The position numbers and the translations under genes are program-made. Of a stretch of 64,000 nt of DNA, positions 55,831 through 64,000 are shown one piece after another. Every line of letters starts with the position of its first letter. Position 1 is the first letter of the stretch. The notes below the pieces were generated by a model, which was given only the letters and a program-made list of their open reading frames with translations, was not told where the DNA came from and did no database searches. Source of the stretch: the human T2T-CHM13v2.0 reference genome, Homo sapiens; assembly GCF_009914755.1 (NCBI RefSeq), contig NC_060929.1; one strand, written 5' to 3'.

Positions 55831-57788
55831 TTAAGTATTCCCTGGTCCCGAAAATGAAATGTTGAGAACGTTGACAATTTCATTTCACAGGAAGAAACCA
55901 CATAGTTTCTTTATCATAACAGCTCCCCCTGCTGATACAAAGTGAGAGCTTCGTAACTTCCTTTCAACTTTTCAGGGACTCTGGAAACATGGCTGGAAAA
56001 CATTATTCTCAACTGAACCGTAGCCAGGAAAGTCTCAGGAGGGAATTCTTTCCTGACATAAAATTAAACCTGGCTTCAGCATATCTTAGGGGGGAAAAAG
56101 AAGGAAAACTTACTGTCGATGTTTCTTGGCTTGGCTTGCTTTCTGTTCTTAAAGCAACATTATTTTTAAAATCTGCAACAAAGCTTGTCATCTGCCAAGT
56201 CAGCCCAAGTCTCCTAGCCTCTCCAGTTAGGTTTCTGTGCCTTGTTGCCCTTTTATGTCCCTTGACTCCACTCAGACTGTTACCATGAATGGATGCCTTT
56301 TAACTTACCTGCAGTAGGAGCAAGTAGATGTCACTCTGTTTCCCATGGAAGGGAACCTGGTGCTAAAAGTCCCACAAAGCTCCAGGCATGGTGGCACCTG
56401 TGTGGTGATGGAGCTTCCAGGCCACAGATTATATGACCTGGTGCTACTGGCAAGAAAGTAGTAGGTTATTTATTCACCTGAGGGCTTATGCTGTTAGAAT
56501 CATTGAGTTAAAAAAAAAAAAAGAATTGCCTCTACCAGGGCACTTGTAGGTGAAAGATTTCTTATATTGCATGCATACTTGCCAAAGCAGTGCTGGTTTC
56601 TGGTCACCCCCTTCTCTGGCATGACATTCTTTTCTGTTTCCATCAAATGCAAAGACTTAGAGCTTATTTATGGGTGTGAAAGGACTACGGCAAGAGAACT
56701 GATCCCTCCCCACTGCAAGGAGCTTTATAGGATGCAGAAGTGGTCATTGTAGGTCTTTGGAAGTTCAGGCATTGGCGCCTGGCTCTGAAATTATTACCCT
56801 CATTAAAATGCTTTTCTAGGATTATGGAATGCTACGTTTGGTATCACATAGTCAATATGAACCCTGTGCAGACAGGTAAACAACACATCACACACTCCAT
56901 ATACCTTGCTAAAAAACACCCAGCAGAGACCCTGACAAACTTCAGCACATGCCTGTGTGATCTGATTTAAAATCTGCTCCTAGCAAGTTGCACTGCTTAA
57001 GAAAACATATCTTCTTCAATTAGCCTATATAGTAGATGGCTTTTTGGAAGCTAAAGTGTTATATATCTAAGACATTAACTTAAAATGTAAATATTTCAGG
57101 AAAGGAGAATAAAGTTAACATTTACACTGAATTATATTTTTAGAGGGAACACCTAGCCACTTACCTAGCCAGGAGGCCCTGATGATAGAGCTCACATTAT
57201 TGATCGGGAGTGCAGTGCTTTGAGGAAGATGGGCTGAAGGGAAAGGTCAGGCTGGGGACAGTGGGTGTTACCTGGGAGGCCCTGTGCAGCTTTGCGAGTG
57301 AGAGACCCGGGTATACTGGAGACAAAATGAAGGCACTGTGGGATAGGACTTTGTCAATGAGGATGGAAATTGTAGGTTCCTGTGAATAGACAGATGCAAA
57401 GAAGAGAGTGGGCTCCAAAGATAAATTCAACTTCTCTTTCACAGTTTTCTGAGAGCAGACTTGAGAATTGGCCCTGCCTTCCCCAATATGCAGATACTTG
57501 TAAAGTGATTCAATTGTGCTTAGTCTTAACATGTTATTTTCTTCCCCATTTGCTTATGAAGATTTTATAATAAAGACTGGAATGTTAGGTTCCTGGGGAA
57601 AGGGTACAAATAAGTTCCTGCTGTCAGTGCTTTAGCCAGGCCTGCCATCATCTTCTGCCTGAACCACGTAGTAGTAGTATTCTTTCCACTTTCACATTCC
57701 AGATTCATCTCTATGTCAAAAGACAACCGCGATGGTGTCACCGGCCTACTAAAAAATATCAAGTGTTCACATTGGTCAACTTCTTACT

Positions 57789-58210
57789 GGTGGTAGATTG
57801 ATTTATAGTTACTAATGATTTAGCCCTCTTCCCTAAGAGGAGAATATATCCCCATCCATCACAATGTGACTTTTCTATTGGCAGGTGTATTCTTTTGATG
57901 TCAGGCTTGGCCATGTGGCCAGTGGATTATGAGCAGATATGACATATGGCTTGTTTCCAGCAGAAGTTTCAAAAACCAGCCCTTTTCCTGTATTTCTGCC
58001 AGTCCTTTTCCTTAGGAAACCATGTTTCCCAAATCAGGGACTGCTCCTTCAGCCCGGGTCACAGGCTAAGATGAGAAGTCACATGAAACAGAATCATAGC
58101 AGCTGATCCATACTCACCAACATATAATACAAATGAGAAAAAAATATCTTTTGTCATAAACCACTGAGATTTCAGGTTTACTTATTATGATAGCAAAATT
58201 GACTAATATA
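57789..58210 (+). mobile_element. MLT1 (H/I-like) MaLR LTR
   Basis: tggtagattg...ggcttggccatgtg...aaaccactgagattt...gactaatata. Confidence 0.75.
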
Positions 58211-58632
58211 AATCTCCCTCCATAGTCCATCCCCAACCTACTTATCTAGACTTATATGGAACTACAACTGCACATGTACCCTACACTCCAGCCAATCTGG
58301 AAGCATTTCTATTACCCCTCCTTCATGTTTCTGCTTTTATTATTCTCCTAGCTGAAATTGCTCCTCCCCGATATTCAATAGACCCCACTTCAGAGATCTT
58401 TCCAGCTAGCTCAAAATCTATCTCATACATAAAATCTTTCTGAATGCTTGGTTTGAAATAACATTTTCTTCCTCTGAATTTCTCCAGGCATCCCATGTTT
58501 ATACCAGCTCTCATTCTATTTGTTAATAATAATAAACAATAGTTTTTATTGAGAACTTATTACATATCAGATGTTGGTTTTACCTATTGTGTTACTTTGG
58601 ATACATCTTGATGGGACAAAATGAAAAAAAAA

Positions 58633-58992
58633 TGTATTAGGGTTGGATGAAAGCCTGTGGAGAATAAAACAGGAGGGAGTAGCAGAAAGTGTCAGGATGC
58701 TTCATACCACAGTGATGGTCTGACACCTGTGGCAGAAGAGAGGGAAGGAAGGAGGATTAGGTAGAAAGAGTCTCCAGCTGCAATGCAATTTCAAGGAATG
58801 TTCAGACAAGCCAATGGGGAATCTTCAAGCCAAAGCCATCTTTTGAGGGGCCCCATATCTCACAGCAGCGGTCTGCATTGGTAGCCCCACTATGTTTGAT
58901 CATTGGCCATGAGCAGCCCTGTGGGAATATGATGGCGAAAAGAACAGTAGTTGGGGTTGTTAATCAATTATGCTCTCACAGCATGGCCACCA
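58633..58992 (-). mobile_element. LTR16/LTR33-like ERVL LTR
   Basis: tgtattagggttgg...ggtctgacacctgtg...aagagtctc...cattggcca. Confidence 0.55.
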
Positions 58993-59659
58993 CACCTACA
59001 TTAGTTCATTAAATCTTCACAAAAATCCTATGAGGTCAGGACTATTATCATTCTCGTTTTAAAGTAAGGAAACTGAGACCTAGAGAGATTAAGTGACTTT
59101 GTTACCATCACTCAGGTAGTAATGGGATAGAGCCAGGGTCCATCCTCTGAACTGTCATGTGACTTTCAAATCGGCATTGGTTGAGTGTATGAATAAGTAA
59201 GCATACTATGGTGTTGCTGTGAGAAGGTGAAAATCTGAGATGACAATAATTAATGCCACTCTGTTTTTGTTGGACTCAGAAATTGACAATCTTTTCTGTA
59301 GTTCTGGAAGATTCCATGTCTCATAGGAATGGCCTGCATTGCACACAAGTTCTTTTTCTATCTGTGGGCCAAGGAATAGAACTGATTTTTTTTTCCAGAT
59401 GACTACTATTTATTGTTCTGTTAAAATATTCTAAAATATTTTATGAATAAAATAGTTCATTAGGAGAGCTTCCTAACACCCTAAAGAAACAAGGCTCTCA
59501 TATATTTTTTTCTATAATCCTTCAGCCATTATTCCAGTTCTATTTCCTGCTGAGTCTAATAGATGATTTGTTTCTAATCATACAGTCGGTCACATTATGC
59601 CTATTCTTTTGGTTCTGTAAAGGCATATCCCATTTTCTCCTAAGAAAGTCTTCTTTTTT

Positions 59660-60043
<384 letters not shown>

Positions 60044-60068
60044 TTAAACCAGTCTCCTGTCCCCCAAA

Positions 60069-60070
<2 letters not shown>

Positions 60071-60107
<37 letters not shown>
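60071..60107. repeat. (CA)18 microsatellite
   Basis: Read directly from the sequence. Confidence 0.99.
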
Positions 60108-60109
<2 letters not shown>

Positions 60110-60803
60110 ACCAGTGGGGGTACAGTGGTACCAATGCAGACCATAACTGTGAGATATGGGGCCCATCAAAAGATGGCTTTGACTTGAAGATTCCCCATTT
60201 ACTTGGCTGAACATTCCTTGGAATTGCAGTGTAGCCTGAGACTCTTCCTACATCCTCCTTCCTTTCCTCTCACATATATATGTCATGTGTGTGTGTGTGT
60301 AGGGAATCAATACTCAAGATGGGCTTCTTTCTACTACTGTGGATGGTGTTTATGTAAAATGCTGGCATGTGGTGAGATCAAAAGACTTTCCAGGGTGAAT
60401 ATAACCTGCAAGAATCTTCTGCAATGGAAAACTAAAAGACACGAACAAACAAGCAGCCATACCTCAAACCCTTTATCATTCCTTTCATTAATCACGCTAC
60501 TCCTGCCCACAGTATGTGGAATTATACTTTGTAGCTCCAGGTGAAAACCTGCCCTGGACATTGTGGTGGCTGTGGGATCAACTCTGTATCTTAGGAGCAA
60601 TTGACTGGTACAACAAACAACCATAGTTAATGGACCTGTAATTAAAAAGCATTTCCCTCCCCCACCACTGCTACCTTAAGATTAATTCATTGGAGGATGA
60701 TTTTTTTTCTGCCTTTGGAAGAGAACTCTGTCAGTCATCATGACATATTTGGTCATTCTTAGGTTTAAGAGACTCCAAATTGCTTGCTATAAAACACAGT
60801 CTT

Positions 60804-61998
<1,195 letters not shown>

Positions 61999-63150
61999 AA
62001 AACACAGTCTTACTTCCGAAATTTGGATATTCAACCATAGTGTCTTAAATAACACTGTAAGTGGCATTCAGAAAAAAAGATCTGCCTCGCACCTGTAAGA
62101 GCTGGCACTGGACAAGTCTGTCTTTGGTAAAGCGGGTGTCATGGGCTTCTTGCCAACTTTTCTTGCCACTCACCTTTCTGACTTCAGGGCTGAAGAAGGG
62201 AGAGGCAAGGGAAAGGCAAGGCAGATACAAGAAAGAGAAACAGTCTACTTGCCATGCCTGTAGTTGGCATCTTGCTCTCACAGCCTTGCAGATGATGGTC
62301 TTCCAAGACTCCCAACCTGTGTAGCCCCTCAGCCAATAACAGACAACTCTCCTGATGGTGCCTGGGGCTGGCCTTTGGCTCATTGCTCTGATCAGTCCTC
62401 AGATTCTGCTTTCCCAGTAATTCATTTTACACAGATATCCTGTCCTGATCTCCATGTCTTCCAGCGGCTTTTAGACAAATCTTTGGAATCTCATATAAAA
62501 GGGCTTCAGGCTGGCATTCCTTCCTCGGAGCCTCCACCTGGCCCCAGGCATCGCGGATCTTGCCTTGCAGTTGGAGGAATATGAAGTTGTTTTCTTGTTG
62601 CAGCTCTCTCTGCTCTCACAGAACACCAGAGGGTCTCTTGCTTCGGTCTGGAGCAGAGAAACTTCCTGAACTCCAAGCAACAAATGCACATTTTCTGAGT
62701 GGGCTCCTTTGAAATCCCTCTCCCTAGACTCAAAGTGAGGAGCCAGGTCTTAACCTCAACCTCTCCTTTGAGTGGAGGGTAGAACTCACACTATAGCTTC
62801 CAACCAAAGCTTTCTTAGAAACCTTCCTTTACATGTCCAGTGTGGGGAAGCTTTAGGATCCTTGAAGTGGGTGAGAGGCCCAAAGTCATGTAATTGATTC
62901 TGAGTGATTTCCTTTGAAATTTGTGTCTTAATTTTAGGCATCTCCACTCACTTGATATCTGACATTTTTTTAATATGGCATTTTACTTGGATCTTCCATT
63001 TAATATTGTGTATCATCTCCTTCAATATTTTCTGCTGCTTTTAGGCTCTTCTGTGCAAATGTAATTTTTTAAAATGCTATGTATTCTACCAAGTATGTAA
63101 AATGTGTCATCTCCCTCAGGCTTAGCCTTCCTTCACCCTCCTCATCTCAC

Positions 63151-63449
63151 TTTTTTTGTTTATTTGAGGCAGAGTCTCACTCTGTCACCCAGGCTGCAGT
63201 GCAGCGGCATGATCTTGGCTCAGTGCAATCTCCACTTGCTGGGTTCAAATGATTCTCCTGCCTCAGCCTCCTGAGTAGCTGGGATTATAGGCGCCCGCCA
63301 CCATGCCTGGCTAATTTTTGTACTTTTCGTAGAGATGGGGTTTCGCCATGTTGGCCAGCCTGGTCTTGAACTCCTGACCTCAGGTGAGCCGCCTGCCTTG
63401 GCCTCCCAAAGTGCTGGGATTACAGGCATTAGCCACCACCCGCCAGGCC
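63151..63449 (-). mobile_element. AluS
   Basis: Reverse Alu dimer; TSD cctcatctc. Confidence 0.96.
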
Positions 63450-64000
63450 CCTCATCTCTTTTTGACATCTGGTTCTGGTGCTTCCCACACCCTCCCACTC
63501 TCCATCCTATTTCAGATTTGGGGCTTGCACTCCTTAGAGCCTTACCCTTTGCTAATGTAATGACTGCTGCAAATGCATTGCAATTGTGTTCTTCCACACT
63601 GCACTGGGGCATTTTAATACGCAACCAACAGAAAGTGATGACTTGACTCAGTAATTTTCTAAATTTGTGGATAGTTTTTTATTGTTATTCTTTTTCTTGG
63701 CCTTTTGTTTTACTTTTTCGGAAAACTCCTTTTATGAACTAAATATTTCTATCCATGTGTTAGTAAAGATTTTAAACAAAAAACAATGCATAACTGGAGA
63801 TATAACTACAGTGGAATTCTGGAGACCACCTATCAGCTTCTTTGGTAGTCCCTTAGGCACCAATAAAAAAAATCCTGGGACTTTGATAAGCACTTTGAAA
63901 ATCCTTGCTTTAGAACAAAAGGAAACTTCTAAAATGGGAGCAAAGCATGGAGGAGTGATTTCAGGAAAGGATGTGAGTACTATAATCCTTCAGAAATCAT

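Noticed and set aside
55852-55885. Imperfect hairpin aaatgaaat...atttcattt considered as a pre-miRNA
   Set aside because: Only about 9 bp of AT-rich stem, far short of a Drosha substrate
62045-62900. GC-richer block with several overlapping ORFs
   Set aside because: No recognisable protein or exon structure; possibly an old LTR that I cannot assign without Dfam

Overview
Primate (probably human or other catarrhine) non-coding genomic DNA, AT-rich and repeat-dense. It holds 17 Alu insertions (AluJ, AluS, one truncated AluY), several L1 fragments including a 5'-inverted (twin-primed) L1PA4-like insertion, solo LTRs (THE1, MLT1, LTR16-like), hAT MITEs (MER5, MER81), MIR/L2 relics and microsatellites. 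I recognise no protein-coding exon, RNA gene or CpG island. The ORF-track entries are Alu, L1 or microsatellite read-through, or chance ORFs. I cannot name the locus. The main signals beyond routine repeat annotation are: (1) several locally templated duplication or fold-back scars of different ages (21.1/23.1 kb, 25.7/26.4 kb, 27.6 kb, 33.6 kb, 46.5/48.2 kb, 52.0 kb), several with TA-rich filler; (2) a CpG-retaining stretch at 55-56.5 kb with no repeat I recognise, carrying a canonically spaced TATA+Inr, consensus splice sites and a strong-Kozak 99-codon ORF. I find no solid evidence for a new gene system. Repeat subfamily names come from recalled consensus sequences, and the ends of old repeats are approximate.
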